A program made the position numbers and the translations under genes. Below the pieces are notes generated by a model. The model was not told the origin of the DNA and made no database searches. It worked only from the letters and a program-made list of their open reading frames with translations. Shown here in pieces: positions 42,251 to 53,320 of a DNA stretch of 64,000 bases (positions are counted from its first letter, which is position 1; every line of letters begins with the position of its first letter). Source of the stretch: Lytechinus pictus (taxonomy: Eukaryota); assembly GCF_037042905.1 (NCBI RefSeq), contig NC_087250.1, forward strand, positions 24,492,001 to 24,556,000, given 5' to 3'.

Positions 42251-43843
42251 CAGTGGCGTAACAGGCGGGGGGGGGGGGGCAGGGGGACAAGCTGCCCCCC
42301 CTGGCGGAGCTCACCGGGAAAATGATTTAAAAAAACGGGAAAAATAAAAAAAAAAGGGGAGAAAGAAAGGGAAAGGGAAAGGAAAGAAAATTAAAAAGGG
42401 GAAAGGGAAATGAAAAGGGAAAAGAAAACTAAGAAAAAACATAAAAAAGGGAAAACGGAAAGATAACGGGAAAAGGAAGAAAAAAAGAACAAGTGAAAAA
42501 GGACAATTCGCCCCGATTTAATACATTAGCATGATTAACAAGACAGGGAAATAAATTAAAGATGACAAAAGGGCAAACAAAAGCGGGAAATAAAGGCAGA
42601 ATGGAATTAGCCAAAATCTAAATTGGAAAATAAAGAATAGGGACAAGAAAACGTACACTACCGGGCTGCCGAGGATTGAGATAACGAGCGGGAGGAAAAA
42701 TGGATGGTATATAGCATAATGTCGTATGAAAGTCTATCATAAACTTGCTAAATCTCGAAAGGCTCTGTCCAAGAGTCAAGACCCTGTGCAGTGGGGGCTC
42801 TTCATCTGTAACCTTGAATGGGTTCTATAACGGGCCCCTATATGGACCCTTCCTGCATTAAGCTTTACGTTGAAGCACTGGCGTACCGGGGGGTGGTTTC
42901 ACAGCAAAGGGGGAATAAAAGAAAATAAAGGAGGCAGCGAAATGAGATGAATGAAAAAAAATATAAGACATGATATTTGCTATAATGATGTAAAAATCTA
43001 TCACATAATTAGAATTTCATTTTAACAGGCCATTTTTTTTCTGGCTCGCTTCGCTCGCTGGCGACTTTTTACAAATTTTCCCACATTTGCTATGGTGTGC
43101 CCCTCACAATATTTGGATGATTACGATACACAACTGCATTGAATGTATGTGTTGTGTTAAAGCTTTATAAATATACACGCAATTTGATTAAAATAGGTGG
43201 CCATCTGTAAGGTTTAAAATGGCTTTTATATCAAGAGGTTCCGGGGCTCTGCCCTGGACCCCACCCATAAAGCACTTTTATATGGATGAGTTGGACCATG
43301 GCCCCCCAAAGTTCTACAACCAAACAAAAAAAATGAGGAAAGAAAGGAAAGTGTATTATATTTTTTCTGAATATCACGTTAAAATCTATCTTCATGTTAG
43401 ATTCTCATGAAAATGTGATTTTTTTTATCTCGCTCGCTTCGCTCGCTCGGGACCTATATTAAGCTACTTCTTGCCAGAAGCACCATACTTGGCCCCCTCG
43501 AGCATATAGAGCTTCGCCCTGATGCTCACAATCATAACAAAAATCCTGTTCACCGCGGCGTACAAAAAAAGATAGAAAAAAGGAAAGAGAGGAAGGTGAA
43601 ATATGATATCATCTTTTTAACATTATGTCAAAATCTATCACAAAATTTGATTTTTGCAATAAAAATGTCAAAAAAAATTGCTCGCTCGCTCGCTTATATA
43701 TATATATTTGCCCGATACGCCATATCGCCCCCTCATAATATTTGCCTTATGACGCCATTGCCTGTTCCATGATAAGACCGGGAAAATTTTGGTTCTTGCC
43801 ACCCCCCCCCCCCCCCTGGCCACCGACCCCTGTTACACCGCTG
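42251..43843. mobile_element. hAT-like non-autonomous element
   Basis: Termini CAGTGGCGTAACAGG...CCTGTTACACCGCTG with an 8-bp TSD TGCCACAG on both sides. Confidence 0.8.
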
Positions 43844-43978
43844 TGCCACAGTGCTAGTACACTCTTATTGACATAACCTCTTCAAGAGAAAATATGATTT
43901 GATCGTGAAGATTTAATTTGGAGGACAAGATGTCAGATATAGACCGAGAGACTAATTTTTGTCAAATATAATTTCAGT

Positions 43979-44249
43979 TTAATGTGTTAACCCAACGGCT
44001 TTTAAAGCAAGTCCAAGTTCCTCAACCTGTTTACTAGGTCGGACGCGCTTTCTCCAGTCTTGAAGCATCTCTTTAAGACCTGAATTCGATACACTACTAG
44101 CTGATGAATCTGCTCTGACAAGGTATTTCTCCACCTGTGAGTGGGAGAAACCGAGGTTGTAGCCAAGCTCACGAGCATCCTTTATTCCACAGATTAAACC
44201 AGACAACACCTGTATCATGTCGTTCGAAACGAACCTCATTCCACCTCTT
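43979..44249 (-). CDS. ZU5/UPA-DD gene terminal exon: death domain 5
   Basis: tattcag|, phase 2. Encodes VSNDMIQVLSGLI...ARELGYNLGFSHSQVE...EMLQDWRKR...LGLALKAVGLTH followed by a stop. Confidence 0.85.
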
Positions 44250-44731
44250 CTGAATAAAGGAGTAACGAATGGGGATTAAAGAAATTAAGTAGAAATAAAT
44301 AATACAGTCTGAGTTGAGCCAAGCTGAAGTAGACGCATCAAAACAGTGATTTCATTTTGAAAATCCTTTACATTCAAGGTCAATTTTCATCATTATCATC
44401 TAAAATCCTGATATAATACGTTTACTTAAACATTTTTTAATACGTAAATATCATAAAATCCAAAGCAAAAAGCGAGCAAAATTACAATCGACGATTACAT
44501 GGAATATGTTCGTACTCCTTTTAAGCAACTACGCATTCTTGAACCAAAACTATTTTGCGTATGTTGCAGCTATTAAGAAAAAAATGGATGATAATTCTTT
44601 AGTCATCAAAGTTATACATGGGTGTTTAGATAATCTTATTTCTTGTTTAAATGGTTGAATTTTTAACTATTTACTTAATAACATGGTTAAGTTCTAACCT
44701 CATTTGTGTTAAAAGATTTTTATTCTCTTAC

Positions 44732-44759
44732 CTTTGAACTTTTTCATAGTCAGGTTCCA
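44732..44759 (-). CDS. ZU5/UPA-DD gene 28-nt linker exon
   Basis: ttaaacag|TGGAACCTGACTATGAAAAAGTTCAAAG|gtaaga, phase 1-2, which bridges the neighbouring exons. Confidence 0.7.
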
Positions 44760-45074
44760 CTGTTTAAAAGAACAACAACGAAAGAGGAAAGGAAAGATAT
44801 TCTGTAATTTGCACATTCGGTAGCTTTCAATGCACAACGAAATATTTTATCTTTGATAAAAAAATATATTCCAAAGATGATTTCGTATTTATTTTCATCG
44901 AGTCAAATACATGATGTCTGATACATTATTAGCATTCTTCTTTAGAACTGTAGAATGGAAATCAAATATGAATCTTTGGGTAATCGTATATTTATCTTGT
45001 GTAAAGGCTGTATTCGATGGTCTTTTTATTTTCAAAATCTTCATTAACATATGATCGTTCCCTTTTTCACATAC

Positions 45075-45219
45075 CTTCTTTGGAGATATTAATTTCTTGT
45101 TCTGCGAGAATGGATGAGCCCTGCTCAATGCAAACACGAACACGCTTATCATCGGTTGAGGGCGGCAGACTGATGTCTATAGTATGACATCCTCCAGATA
45201 GTAGGGAATAGATGTGAAT
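45075..45219 (-). CDS. ZU5/UPA-DD gene exon (second UPA-like module, end)
   Basis: Encodes IHIYSLLSGGCHTIDISLPPSTDDKRVRVCIEQG. Donor G|gtatgt, 145 nt, phase 0-1. Confidence 0.72.
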
Positions 45220-45516
45220 CTTCATGAAGAAATGGGAGATTGAAAATGGAATCTGAGCAATTTTCATGAACTGCTTTCGATATCAGTAACATCCGTCATC
45301 TTCGACGAAATTTTTTTGGTGCGTGGTGATTTTTTTTTTCAACATTCTGAATAGATATTAAAACAAGCGATTCTGAGCTTATGGTAAAGGCATTTTATTA
45401 TCTACTGAAAATGTATTTGGTAAATTTGGTTGACAATTATTTTTAGTAAAGTATAGATATGCGACATGACATCAAAGAGGGGTGACATTTAAAAAAATCT
45501 TCAGAATGATGCTTAC

Positions 45517-45651
45517 AGTTTCTTGAGTCTTCTCCGAGCCAGTGAGACACGAAAGCTTGATGTTATCTTTAGCAAATTCAAGACTAAATGTGATTACAGT
45601 CGTGACTTCGTAGAATGGTTCCGATAAGCTGTAATTCTGTCCTTTCACACC
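45517..45651 (-). CDS. ZU5/UPA-DD gene exon (second UPA-like module)
   Basis: tttccag| and ACT|gtaagc, 135 nt, phase 0-0. Open reading GVKGQNYSLSEPFYEVTTVITFSLEFAKDNIKLSC. Confidence 0.75.
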
Positions 45652-45795
45652 CTGGAAAGAAACGTTGGTAAATATCTAGATGTCATGTGAATCACTATTT
45701 GGATAGAATGTCTGCATTTTCTTTTTAAAGTAAGACGCATTTATTGCATGAATCAATATATAAACACACGCACAAACACACCTTTGTACACCCAC

Positions 45796-45847
<52 letters not shown>

Positions 45848-45897
45848 CGTAAATAAATCAAGCATTAACGCTAGACGTAGCTTCCAAGTATCTCTTT

Positions 45898-45934
45898 TAT
45901 TACGAGCTTTCGGCCAGTGGGGCCTTCATCAGGC
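45898..45934 (-). ncRNA. Hammerhead-ribozyme-like motif, separated from its 5' flank by a foldback insertion
   Basis: CUGAUGA-AGGCC-ccacu-GGCC-GAAA-GCUCGUAAUAAA. The original 5' flank continues at 48148-48160. Confidence 0.6.
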
Positions 45935-48139
45935 AGTTTATAATCACTCGCGTCGCGTGCGGGTTCGTAATCACTCGCGTTTTGAATTTTTGGCGATTTT
46001 TTTTTTATTTCGGTGCGGTTTTTTTTAAACGGTGTCTTCAATGGGACAGACATGCAGGGAAATAAAATGAAATTCGAGTTTCGTTTTAAGCCGGCAAGTG
46101 CCTGAAATAAGATGTAGGCCTACTCGACTACTGTTTTAACATAACAAACAAGCAAATCAGCCATGTGGCTCAACTAACTTAGAATAGATCCGGACTTCTA
46201 CTGTGTCTTATAGAGGACTCCGAGTCGGAACTTGCCATATCTGTCACATCGATATTACATCGTATCATTGCCATATGCGGACATGCCTGCATGCAATGGC
46301 CCCAAGGCGGCCGGACCCGACCGCGTACGGACACGACGTGCATCGGTAGCATGGAGCAAGCTAGTTGAGTCGAGCTGAGTTAGATCTCACGTTACATATG
46401 AGGCGCCGATTGTACCAATATTATATAAAACAATTATTTGTTATATAATCATAATTTATTATATAATAACTATTATTTATATATAATTTACATTTTATTT
46501 GAAAATAATTACTATTATATAAAATAACATTTCTAATTATTTATAGGAGCGCCTTGAGCACCTAACAAGGTGGATATGTGCGCAATATAAATACCCTATA
46601 TTATTATTATATATAATTCCAAGTAATACTTCATTATTTGTAAATAATGATTATTTGTTGTCATTATTTATAAATAATGATTATTTGTTTTTCATTATTT
46701 ATAAATAATGATTAATTGTTTTTCACTATTTATAAATAATGATTATTTGTTTTTCATTATTTATAAATACTGATTGTTTGTTTTTCATTATTTATAAATA
46801 ATGATGATTTGTTTTTCATTATTTGTAAATAATGATTTTTTTTTTCATTATTTTTAAATAATGATTATTTGTTTTTCATTATTTATAAATAAGTTTTTCG
46901 AGTTTTCTATTATTTGTAAATAATAATTATTTATTAACAATGCCAGTGCACATTTCTTTATTTATAAATAATTTGTTGAGTTTCCCATTATTTATAAATA
47001 ATGATTATTTGTTAAATAATGAAGACGTCTACTTCATTATTTATAAATATTTTTTTCGAGTGCGCCATTATTCTCATTATTTATAAATAATCATTATTTA
47101 ATGTTCGAGTTTTCCATTATTTATAAATAACGATTATTTGTTAAATAATGAAATATCTACCTCACTATTTATAAATAATGAAAATTCATCGTGTTTCATT
47201 ATTTATTAATAACAATTTTGTTTCAATATCCCATTATTTATAAATAATCATTATTTATAAAAGATTTTTACAGTTTGCCATTATATACAAATAATCGTTA
47301 TTTATATACAAATAACCATTATTTATAAATAATGAAAAACAAATAATCATTATTTATAAATAATGAAAAACAAATAATCATTATTTATAAATAATGAAAA
47401 ACAAACAATCATTATTTATAAATAATGAAAAACAAATAATCATTATTTGTAAATAATGGAATGTCGAACTATTATTATTTACAAATAATGAAGTATTACT
47501 TGGAATTATATATAATTAGAAATGTTATTTTATATAATAGTAATTATTTTCAAACAAAATGTAAATTATATGTAAATAATAGTTATTATTCAATAAATAA
47601 TGATTATATAACAAATAATTGTTCTATATAATATTGGTACAATCGGCGCCTCATATGTAACGTGGGATCTAACTCAGCTCGACTCACGTTAGCTTGCTCC
47701 ATGCTACCGATGCACGTCGTGTGCGACCGCGGCCGGGTCCGGCCGCCTTGGGGCCATTGCATGCAGGCATGTCCGCATATGGGAATGATACGATGTAATA
47801 TCGATGTGGCAGATATGGCAAGTTCCGACTCGGAGTCCTCGTATAAGACACAGTAGAAGTCCGGATCTATTCTAAGTTAGTTGAGCCACATGGCTGATTT
47901 GCTTGTTTGTTATGTTAAAACAGTAGTCGAGTAGGCCTACATCTTATTTAAGGCACTTGCCGGTTTAAAACGAAACTCGAATTTCAATTTCATTTTATTT
48001 TTCCAGTACGTTTGTCCCATTGAAGACACCGTTAGAAAATAAATCGCACCGAAATAAACAAAAATCGCCAAAAATAAAAAACGCGTGTGATTACCAACGC
48101 GACGCGAGTGATTACGAACGCGAGTGAATATAATAAGCC
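45932..48139. mobile_element. Foldback-type non-autonomous transposon (2.2 kb, almost entirely inverted repeat)
   Basis: About 600-bp outer arms (45932-46540 vs 47510-48139) enclose inverted arrays of AT-rich units (TCATTATTTATAAATAATGA). Flanked by a duplicated (C)CTTCATCA at 45924-45931 and 48140-48147. Confidence 0.85.
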
Positions 48140-48442
48140 CTTCATCAGGCCAGCATTGAAATTAACTTTGGTTTATGTTCATCTGGAGGAGTAGTAGTCT
48201 TGTGTAGGTAATACTATAGTTCCAGTGTCATGGAGAGTGTGTCGACTAGGTGTGCAGGAATGAGGTAAAGTGAGGTTTACCTCATTCCTCACTTTACCTC
48301 ATTCCTCACTTTTACCTTTTCTCACTCACTTTTCCTCATTCCTGCACACCTAGTCGACACACTCTCCATAACACTGGAACTATAGTATTACCTACACAAG
48401 ACTACTACTCCTCCAGATGAACAGAAACCAAAGTTAATTTCA

Positions 48443-48484
48443 ATGCTGGCCTGATGAAGGCCCCACTGGCCAAAAGCTCGCAAT
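48443..48484 (+). ncRNA. Hammerhead-ribozyme-like motif, core mutated (GAAA to AAAA)
   Basis: UGCUGGC-CUGAUGA-AGGCC-ccacu-GGCC-AAAA-GCUCGCA, followed by AAUAAA. Confidence 0.55.
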
Positions 48485-48589
48485 AAAAGAGATACTTGGA
48501 AGCTACGTCTAGCGTTAATGCTTGATTTATTTACGCCCATACGTAGAACATGACGCGCTGCAATACACGTTGTGCAAAGGGCCCTCTTC

Positions 48590-48623
<34 letters not shown>

Positions 48624-48672
48624 TTGTAAATAATTCAGCATCAACGCAAGACGTAGCTTCCATGTATCTCTT

Positions 48673-48717
48673 TATTACAAGCTTTCGGCCAATGGGGCCT
48701 TCATCAGGCCTATAATG
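48673..48717 (-). ncRNA. Minimal hammerhead-ribozyme-like motif (Penelope-type), intact core
   Basis: AUUAUAGGC-CUGAUGA-AGGCC-ccauu-GGCC-GAAA-GCUUGUAAU, overlapping an AAUAAA. Both conserved core boxes and a stem II are present, and the flanks are complementary. Confidence 0.7.
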
Positions 48718-49619
48718 CATTGAAACAAACAGAACAAACCATACAAATAAGGTCGAAATAACAAAGTGAATGTGTAACAAAGGGTACAGAACAGAAGGGT
48801 TACACTAAGATAACAAAAATAACAGAAATTAACAACAGAGGGGGTTGAGTACAGAACAGAAGGATTATAGTAAGATAACAAAAAATAACAACAGAGGGGG
48901 TGATGACTTGAACGAGATGGTGGAATACAATAGAAACGATTGGGAAACTTAAGTGTGTGAAAGGACAAGGTATTTACCGGCATTGAAATTAACTTGGGAT
49001 TCTGTTCATCAGGAGGAGTAGTGAGTCTTGTGCAGGTAATACTGTGAAAAAATGAGGATAATGTTTCAAGTAAAATGATAACTCGTTTCAATATTGTATC
49101 TTGTATTTGGGTACATAACTATATTGATCCGTTTACATAGTATTCAAGTAACTGGTGATACAAGTTGTAGTTTGAGACATAAAAGGGTACATTGTCATGC
49201 GCGGGGAAATATATACGTGTAATTTATATTGATGTTTGAGCGGTAAGCAACATAATAAACAAAATAACAGATTAAACATACAGCCATCAGGAGCAAAATA
49301 AACATACAGCCATGAGGAGCAAAGAAATTGTAATAATCAATCAAATAATCAGATATAATCAAGTGATCAAGATACTAAAAGCATACCAAACTGTATAGGG
49401 GTAAAGAGATGTGGCTATTAAACTATATGAAGTGGCCTGTTGGGGCGGGTGAGACTGTAAATTAAACAATGAAATAGGTCGAAAAGGTATGTAACGGGTT
49501 TAATAATTACCAAACATTATTATGCATATATATGAATATGTATATATTCATATGAATATGTATATGTATATGAACATGACGCGCTGTAATACACGTTATG
49601 CAAAGGGCCCTCTTCTTTT

Positions 49620-49622
<3 letters not shown>

Positions 49623-49686
<64 letters not shown>
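49623..49686. repeat. (TA)n microsatellite (others at about 14960-15004, 45798-45845, 48593-48622)
   Basis: Directly visible. Confidence 0.95.
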
Positions 49687-49690
<4 letters not shown>

Positions 49691-49841
49691 CTGCTGAGTA
49701 GTCAAATTTTGCGGTACTTGAGAGCGTCTTTGAGAAGTTTTCCTTCTTAAATATTATCACAAAATCAGATTTTCTTATAATTTAACCCTTGCTCATGCAT
49801 GGAATGCGATTCTTGAAAATCAACATAGGGCTCAAACATAC

Positions 49842-50059
49842 TGCATAGTCTTTGCAGTAAGGATGTGCAATATAGATTCGTAGAGTGGGCTGTGGGGGGT
49901 TGGTCATGAACAGAGGCTGCGATACTTCACAGATGAACTGAACTCCATGAATGTCGCTTGAAGACAAAGCAAAGTATTGAAGATGACGCGTTGAGAAGGT
50001 AACCCTGCCTTCGGAGGTTTCGACAGATTTAGGAAGCAATGTCCTATACCCGAATTCTC
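49842..50059 (-). CDS. ZU5/UPA-DD gene exon: ZU5 end and UPA start
   Basis: ttctag| and GCA|gtatgt, 218 nt, phase 1-0. Encodes RVTFSTRHLQYFALS...TLRIYI. Confidence 0.8.
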
Positions 50060-50238
50060 CTAGAATATGCAAAAGACGAGAAAAATATTTAGTGTTAAAA
50101 ATAAATTATCGTGTTGAGTCCAAATGTGACTGGATATCAATTTGAATAGTTTCATATTAACACCCCAAAGCCGACAAAAAAATCAAACAAGAGAATTAAT
50201 TCTTATTAGAAACGTATACTAACTAAATTTGGTATTAC

Positions 50239-50584
50239 CTGGACCTATTTTGCTGTAAAGCTTTACACTCAAGTCTTGCTTCTTTTGCTTGTCTTGGTCT
50301 GGTTTGATGCAATGAGGAAGCACTGTAGTTGCCGATTTGAGAAGGTCATGGTTGAAGGAACATTGGATGATCGGTGTTATGAGAACTTCACCAGCATCCA
50401 GGGGTAACTTGGATGAACTTCCTTTTAGGACAGTGAGAGTAACAAGTGATCTCATTCCTTTTGGGCATCGATCCTGAAGGAATAGATACTCTGATGCCAA
50501 TGTCATCTAGCTTCAGCTCTCCACCATCATGATCAATGATGCCATGTGTAAACGGAATAAAGAAACCCGGGTGATGTTTCATTG
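50239..50584 (-). CDS. ZU5/UPA-DD gene exon: ZU5 domain (frameshifted at 50459-50462)
   Basis: GIIDHDGGELKLDDIGIRVSIPSGSMPK in one frame continues as GMRSLVTLTV...EVLITPIIQC...VLPHC in the +1 frame. These are typical ZU5 motifs. The exon is 346 nt where 345 is expected. Confidence 0.85.
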
Positions 50585-50896
50585 CTAGGGAAATAATAAC
50601 CTTCGCGTCAATAAATATATATTGTGGCCTTTGGCGTGGCTAAGATAAGACAAAATATTGATCGATATACCATCTCCTCTATTGAAGAATTACCTCTGGT
50701 ATAATCCCTAACTTTGAAACGTACATCTTGAATTTGCTTCCAAATTATATTGATTGCACAATGGTACGCTGATCAACGAAGCAATACAGAATCAACATTG
50801 ATAGGATTGTGCAACAAGGGCCAGCAAATAACTACATGTATTTTGAGGGTTTTTAAGAGATGATCTGTCAGTGAAAAAAACTAGATATGGTATGAC

Positions 50897-51030
50897 TAAT
50901 AATAATAATAATATGCAACATTTATATAGCGCTTAATATAATTTTTTCTAAGCGCTGCATACTATTACCCCGGCTTTAGCACGGCTACCCTGATCGGGCG
51001 CATCGAGCATTTAAGGAATTCCTTCCTACC
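50897..51030 (-). mobile_element. SINE 3' fragment
   Basis: On the minus strand, CCGGGGTAA...AGCGCTTAG...AAGCGCTATATAAAT followed by (TAT)n, matching the tail at 14238-14315. Confidence 0.6.
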
Positions 51031-51300
51031 TATTTTATGAATAAAATAACATAAAACTTTAATCAAATATGTTGTCTCTTTCAAAGAAATACAATAGTTA
51101 CAGATTATCTATGGCAAATTCCCTAAACTTGAGTCATACAGTCAAGAAATATCAGAAACTTCGTTTAAGTAGCTGCACAAGGATGAATAATTAATAGACG
51201 AGAAACATACGCAAACTTGGCTAAAAGAGGCATTTATAGATGATTCTTTTTAATACACCTTTAACTTTAAAATTTTCGTCACATGGCTGCTATTGCCTAC

Positions 51301-51549
51301 CTGTAGCTATACGCTTTGCAGCATCAGTGAAATTAAAAGCTTGAGCAATTTCAAGCAACCTCAGCCTTGTTCCTTCTTGTTTGACCCATCTCTGAAGCAT
51401 TTGTAGAATCATCCGACGTATCATGGCAGGTTCAAAGGTCAAATAAGATGACATCACCTGAAGAATTTCATTAGATGATAGATCCAGTCGTTGGGTGAGT
51501 TCGATGAGGTCTGGAGTTGTACGAATCTTCGCTGAAATTCCATCAATAC
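51301..51549 (-). CDS. ZU5/UPA-DD gene exon: death-like domain 4
   Basis: Encodes DLIELTQRLDLSSNEI...MILQMLQRWVKQEGTRLRLLEIAQAFNFTDAAKRI. 249 nt, phase 1-1, donor G|gtaggc. This frame is not shown in the ORF track. Confidence 0.8.
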
Positions 51550-51727
51550 CTTTTTCATGGGGGAAAAATTACATAATAATTTCACTATGAATGAAGATTC
51601 ATGTTCAACCTCTGTCTCCCAAAATATAACGATCTTGCCCATTTTCCTTTCCAACCAAATTTCTCTAAAACGTGTTAAAAAATAATACCAGTCAGTAAAG
51701 GCTAGTATAATAAAATACATATCATAC

Positions 51728-52012
51728 CTATTTGAGTGTCCTCAATGTTGTATCTTTGAAGAAGCGTAGACACCTTCTCTTCCTTCTCATGTCTTCCTAG
51801 ACGTCTACACCAGTGATGAAGGATTTGCCAAGCTAGTCTCTCCATTAAGGCAGGGTCGCGAGGAGTAATGGCAGTTGCGATGTCAATAACCAAACGAAGA
51901 GCTTTAGTCACTTCTAAGGCCAAATTCACATTCGCCAATGGACGAACGACTGTACACAGTTCTGAATTACTAGGTGAACCTCCACACTCGTCGAAGTCTC
52001 CAATAATGCCAT
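51728..52012 (-). CDS. ZU5/UPA-DD gene exon: divergent death-like domain 3
   Basis: Encodes PSNSELCTVVRPL...ERLAWQILHHWCRR...KVSTLLQRYNI. Donor G|gtatga, phase 1-1. An alternative in-frame acceptor at 52018 is possible. Confidence 0.75.
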
Positions 52013-52304
52013 CTTTGTCTTCGATTTAATAATATAAAGTTGGTTGAATGTTAATCGAAATTTGAATAAAGATTAACCCAATAAAAGGATCGTCAGTACT
52101 CTATTGATAAAACGCGATCTGTCATTTGTTTTTAGCATTAGCATTACCAATCTCTTGGTTTTGGTTCTATCGAAAGCATATTTTTTGTCACTACAGCTTC
52201 TTTCATATTTTGCCATTAGCCCCCCCCCCCCCTCTCTCTCTCTCTCTCCCTCTCTCCCTGTCCATCCACGCCCTCGCTTACTGTATTTTTTTATTCATTC
52301 CTAC

Positions 52305-52445
52305 CTGACTCTGAGTAATTTATAATCTTCCAATCTTCATTCTCATGACCTTCATCCTGTTCTGATTCTTGTTGAGATGATCGGTCAGAATTCACTTCCG
52401 GGTCAAGAGGAGTCTCACTATCATCGACATCTCTATTCTCATCAT
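52305..52445 (-). CDS. ZU5/UPA-DD gene exon: acidic linker
   Basis: cacgcag| and G|gtagga, 141 nt, phase 1-1. Encodes DDENRDVDDSETPLDPEVNSDRSSQQESEQDEGHENED. Confidence 0.75.
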
Positions 52446-53320
52446 CTGCGTGATATAATTTATAGCCAGAGGGTTTATTGCATTTTAAATCTTCCTTTGA
52501 AAACTGACCGTCTTGCGCCGTTAAAAGAAATGTACATGCGGCCTCTCCCCTAAAAAAAATGCCGACCGCGTTTTGAAGTTAATTTCCCTAATTTGACGAG
52601 GCAAGAGCTGACCAGTTCTATTTCTATGGTCTAAACTTTCTGTCGCCGAAAAATATTTTATTGATAACTATAGTGAAGCTAAATCTACCCGTCATAAATG
52701 CTCACTCGCGATTGCTGTTTCAATTGTAATTTGCACGTTATTTTATATTTGAAGGAGTAAACAACGTTTAAAGGAAAAGATGAATATATGATTTGTGTCA
52801 TTATGCTGTAAAATAAAGAGGACCGTAACGGGTTACAATAAGCCTTTGGTAACTTTGTTATATATAAGAAGAATTGTAAGAGAAATTACATTCATTCATT
52901 CAGTTATTTTCTCTTTAAGGATGTTCATAGCATAGAATGATTAAGGATATTCCAGAATCAGTAAGGCTCTATGGTAAGGCTTTGTCATGCATGTCTATTT
53001 AATAGGCTGAATAATCTATGTTATTTGTGGATTGTAGACAATAGACTGTAACACAAAGAGATTCGTAGTGGTAGTGCAAATGAACAGTAGGATTAGCTAT
53101 TTTGTTTACAATTGTTAATTTCACTGAGGTTATTCAAGAGTCTTCTAGAATTTGATTGCTCCTGAAAGAAGGGGAATGTTCTTTTTAAAGACAATACCAG
53201 AAGCTTCCAGAATAGTGAATACTAGAAACTTCCAGAATAGTTGAAATTTGTATATATCAGCTGGCAGTTTCAGATCACATCATATCAGATCAGAACTCAG
53301 AGTTTCACGCACTACTTTAT

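Larger units (their letters stand above)
45846..49100. mobile_element. Penelope-like element remnants (inverted pLTR-like pair plus a third copy) between (TA)n tracts
   Basis: 45846-45931 plus 48148-48265 is the inverted repeat of 48330-48537. A related copy lies at 48625-48715 and 48980-49042. All carry hammerhead cores. No RT or GIY-YIG ORF was seen. Confidence 0.55.

Noticed and set aside
45220..45346. Longer version of the UPA exon from acceptor attcag
   Set aside because: It contains an in-frame TGA, and the shorter exon aligns with the paralogous exon at 56486.
48675..49091. 138-aa minus-strand ORF as a Penelope protein
   Set aside because: Low-complexity, with no RT or GIY-YIG motifs. 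It is non-coding repeat sequence.
51550..51664. Alternative acceptor ttttag for the DD4 exon
   Set aside because: In the required phase it hits a TAG before the death domain, whereas the acceptor at 51550 keeps the frame.
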